A DNA stretch of 64,000 bases, from positions 78-64,077 of the forward strand of contig CAZYPN010000014.1 in assembly GCA_964649085.1 (NCBI GenBank). Reading direction: 5' to 3'. This DNA is from an uncultured Burkholderiales bacterium. Its GTDB lineage: Bacteria > Vulcanimicrobiota > Xenobia > Xenobiales > JADMJV01. This document shows positions 24,212-33,193 of the stretch, in pieces; positions within the stretch are counted from its first letter, which is position 1, and each line of letters opens with the position of its first letter. The position numbers and the translations under genes were made by a program. The notes under the pieces are model-generated. The model was not told where the DNA came from. It did not search any database and saw nothing but the letters and a program-made list of their open reading frames with translations.

Positions 24212-26083
24212 GTGTTTCCAAAGTTTGCAAACAAAGGCCCCGCGTTGTCCTCGCGACCCTCCACTCCGGTCGCGTCGCCCTCGCGACTGGCGGCGCCCCC
24301 GATAGCTCCCAGCGCCACTCCTCTGGTTCGGCCCACGCCTGCCGCAGCGCCTGCGGCAACGGCGGCCCCAGCAGCGCCCGCAGCCCCCGCGGCCCCGGCA
24401 GCACCTGCGGCCCCCCCAGCACCTGCCACCCCCCCAGCCCGGCCAGCGGCTCCCCTGGCCCAGAACCTTCAGGCTGCTGTAGGTAAGCCCCCGGTTCGCG
24501 TGGCCGGACAGGGCTTTCCCTCCTTCGTTTCGGGCGCAGCGACCCCGAAACCCACTCCGCCCCCGGCGGCGACCTCGGCCGCCCACCTCAATCACCTGTC
24601 TCAGAGCTTGCGTTCGGCGCTCCCCACTCCGCCGCCCACTCAGAATCGTCCCCCCATGGCCCGGCCCGCAGCGACCCGTCCTGCGCCGGCGAACTTGCCC
24701 CCCGCAGTTGGAACCGGTGGGGTCAAAGGGATGCGGGCCCCGGCCCCTGCTCTGCAGCCGCAGGTCCCTGCCGCACCCAGCAAGGCCACTCTGGCTGCTC
24801 CTTCCAGGCTGGTTGCCCTGAAGAGCTTTCGCGATCGTCTACAGCGGGCCCAGGCCAGCGCTGCCCAGGCCCGCAACGCCGTAGTGCTGAAGCCGGCCGT
24901 GGGTCAGTCACAGCCTTCGACCCCCTCCAAGGCTCCCAACCTGCCAGCCTTTCCTCGCCCGGCCCACCGCAACGAACCACCGCGCCTGGAGTCGCCAGGC
25001 AGCGCCACCAAGTTGCTGGCCATGCCAGCCTCCCGGCCCGAGCCCAAGCCCATGGCTGAAGCTCGACCCCAACTGGCGATGGTTCCTCCGCCCCGCCCGG
25101 AAAAGAGCGCAGCCCCTGCGCTGGCCTCGGCTACGTCCGCGCCGGCTCCGGTTTCGAAGGCCAAAGTTCAGGCCCAGGTTCCCAGTGCGGGGGCCCAGCC
25201 CGGCGCAGCGCAGACTACACCGACTCCAGTCCCCACAGCTCGAGTCGAGGTGGTGAAGTCGGAAAAGCCGGCCGCTCCTGTTCCAGCCCGATCGCCCGAA
25301 CCGTCGGTGCCCCAGGCAACTCCGTCGGTTCCGGCTTCGCCCTCGACGATCGCTGGAGCGACGATTACGGCGCGCGGCGACGACGCCATCAAGAGCGCCT
25401 CCGGTTCGGCAACGCGCAAGGACCAGAAGGTTGCTGGCCTGGAAACAGCGGTTGCTCGACCCCTGCACCGCGAGGAGATGCTGCGCGAGATCGCCTCTCC
25501 CTGGACTCGCCCCCAGCCCACCCCGCTGGAGACCCAGACCTCCAGTCAGAGTCAAAGTGAGGGCGGATCGGGTGGGGGCGCCGGCGGTGGCGGCGGTCAC
25601 CACCAGGGCGGATCGGGTGGGGGCTCCGAGGGTGGGGGCCGTGGTCAAAGTGGTGAAGAGATCCAGCTTGAACTCGACTGGCTGGGCGGCGCTGACGATG
25701 CCCTCGCCTTTTCGGTCGAGCTGCGAGACCTGCAGTTTCGTCCCCGTAGCGGCCTGGAGTCGGAGCAAGAGTTGCCAACGACTCGTGCCCGTCGCAACGA
25801 GTCGGATGAGCAGGGCGAGCAGCAATCACCCCCGCGACGCCGTCGGCGTCAGTGGGAAGAGGAAGAAGAGGATCAGCAAGAGCCCGTCGACCAGAGCGAC
25901 TGTGCTCCGGCACGGCTGATCTGTCGGCCAGACTCCGAGTTCGTGGCAGTAGCCCGTCACTGGCTCGCTCGGCCCGAGTTGCGTCATTTCACCCTGATCT
26001 GTCCCGGCGAGGTCTCGTCGATGGGAATCATTCGACTGCGCGACTTCCCTCCGTTCGAGTCAGGCCATCAGCGGGTTGGCTGA
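24212..26083 (+). CDS. Pro/Ala-rich low-complexity protein (623 aa) with a Gly-rich linker and a small C-terminal globular region
   Basis: Longest ORF in the region, with a GTG start. It has a PAAPAAPAAPAAP run (about 24355-24420), then GGSGGGAGGGGGHHQGGSGGGSEGGG, then ..EEIQLELDWLGGADDALAFSVELRDLQF.. and ..FVAVARHWLARPELRHFTLICPGEVSSMGIIRLRDF. No family recognised. High GC makes long ORFs less diagnostic. Confidence 0.5.
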   Translation: MFPKFANKGPALSSRPSTPVASPSRLAAPPIAPSATPLVRPTPAAAPAATAAPAAPAAPAAPAAPAAPPAPATPPARPAAPLAQNLQAAVGKPPVRVAGQGFPSFVSGAATPKPTPPPAATSAAHLNHLSQSLRSALPTPPPTQNRPPMARPAATRPAPANLPPAVGTGGVKGMRAPAPALQPQVPAAPSKATLAAPSRLVALKSFRDRLQRAQASAAQARNAVVLKPAVGQSQPSTPSKAPNLPAFPRPAHRNEPPRLESPGSATKLLAMPASRPEPKPMAEARPQLAMVPPPRPEKSAAPALASATSAPAPVSKAKVQAQVPSAGAQPGAAQTTPTPVPTARVEVVKSEKPAAPVPARSPEPSVPQATPSVPASPSTIAGATITARGDDAIKSASGSATRKDQKVAGLETAVARPLHREEMLREIASPWTRPQPTPLETQTSSQSQSEGGSGGGAGGGGGHHQGGSGGGSEGGGRGQSGEEIQLELDWLGGADDALAFSVELRDLQFRPRSGLESEQELPTTRARRNESDEQGEQQSPPRRRRRQWEEEEEDQQEPVDQSDCAPARLICRPDSEFVAVARHWLARPELRHFTLICPGEVSSMGIIRLRDFPPFESGHQRVG

Positions 26084-26937
26084 GGGGGAGGACAGGCGAG
26101 AACGGCGCAAAGCGAGGCGCGAGCTACCCTTTCCGTAACGCTGCCCAGCCAGCGATGGGCGTCGCTGTCGGGCCGGCCGGTTCGTCCCTGGGTCGACATC
26201 GCGATCAGGTCGCAGTGAAGGTCCTGGGCCCATTGCACAATGGCCTCCACCGGCTCACCGTGACAGACGACGATGTCGGGCTGGACACCGGGAATCTTCA
26301 CTTCTCGAAGCGACACCGCCATCTGGTCGAGAAAGTGCTGGGTCACCTCGTTGCCAATCTCTTCGCCCAGAGTGTCAGGGCTGATTCCGCTGCATTGCAG
26401 CAGGGTTACTCGGGTGGCCTCGGTGAGCAAGGGCGTCACGCACTGCAGCGCTCGCCGCGAGGCCTCGGAGCCGTCCAGGGGCAGGAGAATGTGTTGAAAG
26501 CTGGCGATTGGAGCGGCGGGCGGCTTCACGATCAATACCGGACGCTGGCTGCGCCGCAGAACGCCTTCGGCAACGCTGCCGAGCAGCCAGCGCTCGGGCC
26601 CTTTGCGCCCGTGACTGGCCAGCACGATCAGGTCACAGTCTTGCTCTTGGGCGAGTTGGGGTATGGCTTCTTGGGGGCGACCGACGGGCACCCGTGTCCG
26701 AGTGGTCAGTTCTTCAAAACGTGGTTGTTGCGATGCTAGATACTCCTGGGCCACGGCCATCGAGCTCTGTAGGAGCTTTTCCCGCAGCGAAGGCGGCAGC
26801 TCGGGCGCAATCGAGTGGGCCGGATCGCAGGCACGAACCAGCAGGACTTCGCCCTGCCAGCGGCGGGCCAGATCCTGGGCCAGCGGAACGACCGATTCGG
26901 CCATGGGGGTGCCGTCCAGGCTGAGCAGTATCTTCAT
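26068..26937 (-). CDS. Universal stress protein, tandem USP domains
   Basis: MKILLSLDGTPMAE..DLIVLASHGRKGPERWLLGSVAEGVLRRSQRPVLIV and ILLPLDGSEASRRAL..DLIAMSTQGRTG..WLGSVTERVARASLCAVL. Confidence 0.85.
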   Translation of the reverse strand: MKILLSLDGTPMAESVVPLAQDLARRWQGEVLLVRACDPAHSIAPELPPSLREKLLQSSMAVAQEYLASQQPRFEELTTRTRVPVGRPQEAIPQLAQEQDCDLIVLASHGRKGPERWLLGSVAEGVLRRSQRPVLIVKPPAAPIASFQHILLPLDGSEASRRALQCVTPLLTEATRVTLLQCSGISPDTLGEEIGNEVTQHFLDQMAVSLREVKIPGVQPDIVVCHGEPVEAIVQWAQDLHCDLIAMSTQGRTGRPDSDAHRWLGSVTERVARASLCAVLACPPPQPTR

Positions 26938-26981
26938 GGCATCAGTCTAGGTTGACGCTCAGGGTCTGGCTCTGAGCCAGA

Positions 26982-28226
26982 TCATCCCGTCGTGGTAAAG
27001 AGCCTGCGGGGTAGGGCTGCATTGAATTTCAGCATGTCGCGAGAGAACTGTTGGCGTAGTTCGGCCTTCTCGTCGGGCGGCAGGAAGGCCGCCTCGACGG
27101 CGTTGCCGGCCACCTGCTGAAGTTCTTGCAGCGACATGCCGGTTTCGCGAGCCAGGTTGGTGAACTCGTCGGCCAGCGTGACGTCGAAGATGTGTCGGTC
27201 GTCGGTGTTGACGGTCACGGGAATTCCCTGGTGATGATAGTGTTTCAGCGGGTATTGCTTGAGGTCGGGAGTAACGTTCAGCAGCTGGTTGCTGGTGGGG
27301 CACATTTCCAGGACGATGCCCTTTTGTTGCACCTCCGCCTGGAGCACCGGATCCTCGTGCAGACGAACTCCGTGGCCGATGCGCTGGGCTCCACAGTCTT
27401 CGATGGCCTGCCGAATGCTTTCGGGTCCTACCGCTTCCCCCGCATGAATCGTAATGTTGAGGCCGTTCTCGCGGGCGTAGGCGAAAACTTCCCTGAATTT
27501 CGAGGCGGGATGATGCACTTCATCGCCGGCCAGGTCCAACCCCACCACGCCCTGGTTTTTGCGAGCGACGGCTGCGCGAGCGATGTCCATCGCCGACTCC
27601 ACCGGGTAGGAGCGGTTGATGGAAACGATCAGTCTGGCCTCGACGCCCAGCTCGCGCGACGCCTGTTGCATACCGGCAAGCACGCTGTCGATCACCTGAT
27701 CGACGCTGACTTTCTCGAGGTTTTTCCGAGGATTGATGCGCAGCTCTGTGTAGCTGATGTTCTCTCGGGCGTTGTCTTCAATACACTCATAGGCAAGACG
27801 CTGCAGTGTGGACGGATGATCGAAAACAAAGCGGAAGTGGTCGAACTTCTTCAGGAAGGCGAGCAGGTCTTCGCCCGGTCGCATGCCGATTTTTTCCTTC
27901 AGCTCCTCTACGGTCTGGGCCGGCAGGGGCAGCTGGTGTTGTTCGGCGATGTCCAGAATCGTTTCGGGCCGCACGGCGCCCTCCACATGGGTGTGTAGCT
28001 CGGCCTTGGGCATGTCCAACATCAGGCCGCGAAACTGGCTCTCGCTGACGTAGATTGCATTTGGGTCGGCTGGCGTTGCCGTGGCTGCGGGGCGAATCTT
28101 AATCGGGCGCCACTCGGGCAACTGGATTCCCTTTTCCAGCGTGTCTTTGGGTTGGGCCGGGGCCGCCGCTGGACGCAAGCCGCCCGGTGTTGGAGCCGAC
28201 CGTTGGGGCGAAGGCAGGATGTGCAT
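26982..28226 (-). CDS. add: Adenosine deaminase
   Basis: PKAELHTHVEGAVRPETILDIA, GLDLAGDE, ITIHAGE, RIGHGVRL, LEMCPTSN, VTVNTDD. The family-typical start may be the internal ATG at 28022 or 28013 (MLDMPK). The longer ORF adds a Pro-rich 70 aa. Confidence 0.85.
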   Translation of the reverse strand: MHILPSPQRSAPTPGGLRPAAAPAQPKDTLEKGIQLPEWRPIKIRPAATATPADPNAIYVSESQFRGLMLDMPKAELHTHVEGAVRPETILDIAEQHQLPLPAQTVEELKEKIGMRPGEDLLAFLKKFDHFRFVFDHPSTLQRLAYECIEDNARENISYTELRINPRKNLEKVSVDQVIDSVLAGMQQASRELGVEARLIVSINRSYPVESAMDIARAAVARKNQGVVGLDLAGDEVHHPASKFREVFAYARENGLNITIHAGEAVGPESIRQAIEDCGAQRIGHGVRLHEDPVLQAEVQQKGIVLEMCPTSNQLLNVTPDLKQYPLKHYHHQGIPVTVNTDDRHIFDVTLADEFTNLARETGMSLQELQQVAGNAVEAAFLPPDEKAELRQQFSRDMLKFNAALPRRLFTTTG

Positions 28227-28260
28227 GCCTGTAGCCTAACCTGAGTTGCTGAAAGAAGCC

Positions 28261-28521
28261 TTAACGGCGGCTATACTCCAAATAGCTCAGCAAAGCGCCG
28301 AGCAGCACCAGACCCACGCCCACCACCAGCCACACCATGGCCTTGACGGTGCCCCCCGAGGCGATCAGTTCCGGGTTGGCATTCAGGTCGACCCGATGCT
28401 GACTCCAAAAGGCACGAAACAGGTTGACGGCCATCAATAGCAGACCGGCAACGGCGATCAGGCAACCGGGCCGAAGCAGGTCTTTCCAGCCAAAACGGGC
28501 TCCCGGGTTGAGCTCTTGCAT
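28261..28521 (-). CDS. Small membrane protein (2 TM), hypothetical
   Basis: 86 aa with two hydrophobic helices (CLIAVAGLLLMAVNLF; MVWLVVGVGLVLLGALL). Confidence 0.5.
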   Translation of the reverse strand: MQELNPGARFGWKDLLRPGCLIAVAGLLLMAVNLFRAFWSQHRVDLNANPELIASGGTVKAMVWLVVGVGLVLLGALLSYLEYSRR

Positions 28522-28591
28522 ACCGGAGAGTTCTGGCTCATTTCTCCGGGACCTTCGAGGACCGCCCTGGTGAACTAGAGAAGAACGCAGC

Positions 28592-29404
28592 GTGTGGCTC
28601 GATGAGACTCCGGTAGTTCGACGTTCTATCGAAACGGTGGCCTACCCAGAACAGGTGTGGGAAGCCCTGACCGATACCGAACTGCTGGGGCATTGGATGG
28701 CCGACCGCGCCACCGGTTGGCCGGCCGTGGGAGGAACCCTATCCTGGACCTGGGAGCGTTTCGGACTGACCCTGGACTACAAGGTTGCCGAGGTTAAGGT
28801 GTGTCAGCGGTTGGTGCTGAAAACGCCCATGGGCAATGGCATGCAGACGGTTACCTTCGAACTGCGACGCCATGGTGGCTCCACCTGGGTGGACGTCACC
28901 GACGCTCCCCCTCCCTTTACCCCGCCCAATCCGCACAGTTCGGCCGATTCCACCTGGCAAATGTCGCTGGCGGTGTTGAAGCTCTATGTTGAGCGCTATT
29001 TTCGCCGCGCTCGCAACAACTTCATGGTGGTGGCTCGAGCTTCGTTCACCTTTCCCGAGGTGGTTGCGGCCTATGCCACCCCCGAGGGTCTGTGCCAGTG
29101 GTTGGCAGCAAAGGTGGAAGTGTGGCCCGCCACGCCCTCGCCCGTGGGCCAGCCCTACCGCTTGCTGCGAGCCGACGGTGGCACGATGTCGGGTCAGGTG
29201 CTGGCCGTTACCAGCAGCGAAGCCGTCCTGGGCTGGGACGAGATCGACGGCTTCCTGGAGCTCAAATCCTTCTCTCTGGGGCCGGGCAATCAGATGTTGG
29301 CCCTGCGCGGTTCCAGTTACTCGCCTGCCCGCCACGATGCGGCTCAGTTGGAGGAGCTGCTCAAGCCCTTGTTGATTCAACTGGCAGAGTATTTGGAAAG
29401 TTAA
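28592..29404 (+). CDS. SRPBCC/AHSA1-like protein, two domains
   Basis: ..RRSIETVAYPEQVWEALTDTELLGHWMA.. and a second ..FPEVVAAYATPEGLCQWLA.. repeat are typical of Aha1/START-like SRPBCC proteins. Confidence 0.6.
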   Translation: MWLDETPVVRRSIETVAYPEQVWEALTDTELLGHWMADRATGWPAVGGTLSWTWERFGLTLDYKVAEVKVCQRLVLKTPMGNGMQTVTFELRRHGGSTWVDVTDAPPPFTPPNPHSSADSTWQMSLAVLKLYVERYFRRARNNFMVVARASFTFPEVVAAYATPEGLCQWLAAKVEVWPATPSPVGQPYRLLRADGGTMSGQVLAVTSSEAVLGWDEIDGFLELKSFSLGPGNQMLALRGSSYSPARHDAAQLEELLKPLLIQLAEYLES

Positions 29405-29445
29405 GAGATTCCAACAGGTGTTGCAATTTTGTTACCGTCCCGCAT

Positions 29446-30624
29446 ATGCTCATGTCCACTCGATGGAGGAGGTTCTTGTCCGTGGCATTTTCGGTCAACC
29501 CCAATGCAGGTAGCGTCCCAGCTTACCCCCCCGCGCTGAAGTCGACGACGCCGAATCCCCCGGCGGCTTCGCCTGCCCCCTCCGACCAGGTGCAGATTTC
29601 GGCCCAGCCGGCCAATGCCCCGCCTCCAGCCCCTCAGAAGGTCCAGTTCGCAAACGGGCTGCAGCTCCAGCGGTTCGAAACTCAGGGTCAGCTCACGGCC
29701 CTGTATGCCAGCATTCCGGCCGTGCCCGGGCTGGTTCAGAAGCCCATTTTGCTGAGCCTTTCGGTGGCAGCAGCCCCGACCAATACGGGCGCTCAGTTTT
29801 TGCAGGCCGACGCCTACGAGGTGGGCGCCGATGGCAAAGTGCTTCGGGATGCTCAGGGTCAGCCTCAGAAGCTGCCTGTCACCGTATTTTCCGACGGCCG
29901 GGCCTATGTGCAGAGCTCCGACGACCCCAATGCACCGCTGGTGATGCTCGATTCCGATGGCAGCTTTGGGGCTTCCACGCCAGCCCGCTTGAATGTGGCT
30001 GGCGACGAACAGGGCGTTCAGGGTTATTCGCGCGAGCAGAGCGAGTTTATCAAGCCTGACGGCAGCAAGGGCATTCGCCTCAACGAGCAGGTCGGGGCTT
30101 TCGCTCAGGCCTCCGGATTCACCGTCAATAACATTCTCAAGCAATTCGGCAAAGGCAGCGAAGTGAGCCGGGTGGTGAACTACACCGAGATTCAGGAAAA
30201 CAAGCCGGCCACAACCGGTGGAGTGATGGGTGTCATCCATTCTCAGCCGAGTCTGGTGTCGCAGGACGTCTCCTTCGAACAGGGGGTGGGCAAGAACTGG
30301 CCCCAGATGGAGTTGCAGAAGGGCTGGGACTTTAAGTTCAAGCAGACGATGTCGCAAGACACCCGCCAGCGTCCAATGCGCGACGATGGCCACCAGATCG
30401 AGCTGGGAGTCGAGTCCACCACCAAGAAGCTCTTCAACAGCTTTGTCACCGGCAGCTCCGGTCTGGGCTTGAACAAATGGTTCAGCAAGCAGGAAGTCAT
30501 TCGCTTCGTACCCTTGTCGCGGCAGGGGAACACACCGCCCCAGCAGCCCGTCGCCGAGGCGCCACCTGTGGCCAGCGAGCCGCCGAAACCGGCTGCGCCT
30601 CCACCCCTTCCCGAAGGTTTCTAA
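29446..30624 (+). CDS. Hypothetical protein (392 aa) with Pro-rich termini
   Basis: The start is taken at the first ATG after the upstream gene (MLMSTRWRRFLS..). The central region has ordinary globular composition and visibly lower GC than its neighbours. No family recognised. Confidence 0.6.
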   Translation: MLMSTRWRRFLSVAFSVNPNAGSVPAYPPALKSTTPNPPAASPAPSDQVQISAQPANAPPPAPQKVQFANGLQLQRFETQGQLTALYASIPAVPGLVQKPILLSLSVAAAPTNTGAQFLQADAYEVGADGKVLRDAQGQPQKLPVTVFSDGRAYVQSSDDPNAPLVMLDSDGSFGASTPARLNVAGDEQGVQGYSREQSEFIKPDGSKGIRLNEQVGAFAQASGFTVNNILKQFGKGSEVSRVVNYTEIQENKPATTGGVMGVIHSQPSLVSQDVSFEQGVGKNWPQMELQKGWDFKFKQTMSQDTRQRPMRDDGHQIELGVESTTKKLFNSFVTGSSGLGLNKWFSKQEVIRFVPLSRQGNTPPQQPVAEAPPVASEPPKPAAPPPLPEGF

Positions 30625-30647
30625 GCCCCATACAAGAAACGCCAGCA

Positions 30648-31898
30648 ATGGAGTTTCTACCCGAAATGAGAGAAGCCCAGCGCCGCTGGGCTTTTTTGTC
30701 GGTTCGCGAGCGAATGGACTGGCTGCCGCGTTTCCGTCATCTGGTCTGTTGCCAGCGTTCCCAATGGGTTTCCGAGTTGGCCGAGTTGCGATTGGTGGAC
30801 GAATTCGAAACGCTCGTTTCTGAGGTTCTTCCCCTGCTCGACGGTGCTCGCTGGCTGGAACAGTGTGCCGTCCGCACTCTGGCGCCTCGCAAGTCTTCCC
30901 AGCGCTTTACGCCCGGTTGGATGATGGGGCATCGACTGGAGGTGCAGCGACGTCCTTGGGGCGTGGTGATGATCCTGGCCCCTGCCAACTATCCCCTGTT
31001 CCTGGCCGGAATCCAGAGTCTTCAGGCGCTGGTGGCAGGCAATGCCGTGGTGCTCAAGCCGGCCGTCGGTCGCGAGGCCCCTGCGCTTCGCCTGCAGCAC
31101 GCGCTGGAGCAGTCGGGTTTGCCCAAGGGCCTGTTCCAGGTCGTGCCCAGTCGACTCTCGGTGGTGTCCGAGTTGCTCGAGGCCGGCATCGATTTCGCCA
31201 TTCTCACCGGTTCGGAGCAAACCGGTCAGAGCGTCCTGCCTCGCTGCGCTCAGAAATTGGTGCCCACCGTGGCCGAACTGTCGGGCCGCGACCTGGTGGT
31301 GGTGGCCCCCGATGGCGACCTGTCTCTGGCCCTCGTAGCCACCAGCTGGGGGCAGAAGCTGAATCGAGGCCAGACCTGCATGGTGCCCCAGCGGCTCTGG
31401 TTGCCCGAGAGCAGAATGGGCGAACTTCCCCAGCTTGCTATGGAAGTTCGGGGCTATCAGAACCCCGAAGAACTTCGCGGTTGGCTCGAGTCTGAAGCCT
31501 GGGGTCTGGGGGTAAGCCTTTTCGCCGGCGAAGAGTGGACTCGCTCCATCGTTCCCTGGTGTCGCAGCGGATTTGTCACCGTCAATGACGTCATCGCCCC
31601 AACTGCAGATCCTTCTGCGCCCTTCGGGGGTCGGGGGCGGTCGGGCTATGGCGTGACGCGAGGCGCCGAAGGTTTGCTGGCGCTGACCTATCCGCAATCG
31701 ATTTTTCACAATCGTGGTCCGCGTTTTCACCTGATGCCGACCAGCGGCCGCGAGCACGCCTTCATGGATGCCTATGCTGCGGTTCGTCACGGCCGTGGCC
31801 TGGAGCGTGCCCGGGCCTCATTAAAGTTGACCTGGGCCTGGATTCGCCTGGTTGTGCGACAGGCGATGGATGGGCGAAAGAAGAAGCATAGCCTGTAA
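30648..31898 (+). CDS. Aldehyde dehydrogenase family protein (short form)
   Basis: ILAPANYPLFLAGIQSLQALVAGNAVVLKPA, the catalytic-Glu block VAELSGRD and the Cys block NRGQTCMVPQR. The start is at MEFLPEM (ATG at 30648). Confidence 0.75.
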   Translation: MEFLPEMREAQRRWAFLSVRERMDWLPRFRHLVCCQRSQWVSELAELRLVDEFETLVSEVLPLLDGARWLEQCAVRTLAPRKSSQRFTPGWMMGHRLEVQRRPWGVVMILAPANYPLFLAGIQSLQALVAGNAVVLKPAVGREAPALRLQHALEQSGLPKGLFQVVPSRLSVVSELLEAGIDFAILTGSEQTGQSVLPRCAQKLVPTVAELSGRDLVVVAPDGDLSLALVATSWGQKLNRGQTCMVPQRLWLPESRMGELPQLAMEVRGYQNPEELRGWLESEAWGLGVSLFAGEEWTRSIVPWCRSGFVTVNDVIAPTADPSAPFGGRGRSGYGVTRGAEGLLALTYPQSIFHNRGPRFHLMPTSGREHAFMDAYAAVRHGRGLERARASLKLTWAWIRLVVRQAMDGRKKKHSL

Positions 31899-32657
31899 AT
31901 GTTTCAGAGTTTGCTTGCCGGTTTCAAGGGTTTGTTCGCGCCCGGAGGTTCAACCACCAGTGCGGCTGACAACGGTTTTCAGGAGCGACGACGTCGAGTT
32001 CGCTTGCGTTGCAACTACGAGGTCAAAGCCACCGTGGGCGACAAGAAGTTCAAAGCAACGGTGGTCGATATCGGCATTCAGGGCCTGAAGATTCGCACCA
32101 GTCAGAAGCTCAAGGCCGGCGATACGGTGGTGCTGGCTCCGCCCGGTCCGATCTCGGGTTCTCCGGCTCAACCGGTCGAGGGCAAAGTGTTATGGACGAT
32201 GACCCCACGCAAGACGTACCTCACCTATGCCGGAATTTCATTTTCCTCGGGCAAGGAAGTGATGGCAAGGTCGTGGGTGCGTCTGTTTCTGGTCGAATTG
32301 GGCTTTACTCAAAAGATGATCCAGACCCAGCGTCGCTTCATCCGCGCCGATTGCTTCCTGGAGGCCCGCTTTCACTCTCCACAGTTGGGCAAGGAGGCAA
32401 TTGGTCGGGTCTACAATCTGGGGGTGGGCGGCATGTTGTTGGAGTCGCCTTACGACCTGCCGATTCAAGAACCGGTAAGCCTCGAGTTTTTGTCCTTCGA
32501 GAAACTACCGCCGCTGAAGATGCTCGGCTATCCGGTTCAGGCCAAGCGAGAAGGAACCATGAAGCTGGTCGGCATCGAGTTTCGCGATCTCAGCGCCGAG
32601 CAGCTCGACCTGCTGAGTCGCTACCTCAAGAAGCTGCTCAAGGCGAGTTGGAGCTAG
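31899..32657 (+). CDS. Tandem PilZ-domain protein (c-di-GMP receptor type)
   Basis: First repeat: ERRRRVRLRCNYEV ... VVDIGIQGLKI. Second repeat: QRRFIRADCFLEARF ... VYNLGVGGMLLES. These are RxxxR and D/NxSxxG-like PilZ motifs, present twice. Confidence 0.7.
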   Translation: MFQSLLAGFKGLFAPGGSTTSAADNGFQERRRRVRLRCNYEVKATVGDKKFKATVVDIGIQGLKIRTSQKLKAGDTVVLAPPGPISGSPAQPVEGKVLWTMTPRKTYLTYAGISFSSGKEVMARSWVRLFLVELGFTQKMIQTQRRFIRADCFLEARFHSPQLGKEAIGRVYNLGVGGMLLESPYDLPIQEPVSLEFLSFEKLPPLKMLGYPVQAKREGTMKLVGIEFRDLSAEQLDLLSRYLKKLLKASWS

Positions 32658-32773
32658 GTCCCGGCCCTCCTCGCTCCGCACCGAGGACCGATGTTGGTCC
32701 CCGGAACAGGTGTTTGAAACTGGTTTCAGGGGGCTCGGGTAGGAAGGGGCTGGGCAACTGAGAAGAGGGGCCC

Positions 32774-33193
32774 ATGGCTAGTCGTCTCTTACACACGATG
32801 CTCCGCGTCGTTGATCTCGAAACATCGATTGCATTCTACGAGAATGCCCTGGGTATGCGCTTGTTGCGCCGCAAAGACTACGAGTCGGGGCGTTTCACGC
32901 TGGCCTTTCTCGGCTATGGCGAGGAGAAAGACGTGGCGGTCATCGAGCTGACCCACAACTGGGATCGTCAGAGTTACAACCTGGGTGACGCCTTCGGTCA
33001 TCTTGCCATCGGGGTCGATGACCTGGAGAGTTCCTATCAACGCTGCCTCGACTGCGGCGCCACTGCCAAGGTCGCGCCCAAGGTTTTTGGTAGCGGCACG
33101 CGCCTGGCATTTGTGAAAGACCCTGACGGTTATGACATCGAGTTGATCGAACTGGCCAGCAAGTTCGCGACCGCCGATCAGGTCCGTGATTAG
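32774..33193 (+). CDS. gloA: Lactoylglutathione lyase (glyoxalase I)
   Basis: LLHTMLRVVDLETSIAFYENALGMRLLRRKDYESGRFTLAFLGYG..IELTHNWD..GDAFGHLAIGVDD..AFVKDPDGYDIELIE. Confidence 0.9.
   Translation: MASRLLHTMLRVVDLETSIAFYENALGMRLLRRKDYESGRFTLAFLGYGEEKDVAVIELTHNWDRQSYNLGDAFGHLAIGVDDLESSYQRCLDCGATAKVAPKVFGSGTRLAFVKDPDGYDIELIELASKFATADQVRD

Noticed and set aside
29446-29490. Twin-arginine (Tat) signal in MLMSTRWRRFLSVAF
   Set aside because: The spacing does not fit S/T-R-R-x-F-L-K. The hydrophobic region is too short, and no A-x-A cleavage site follows.
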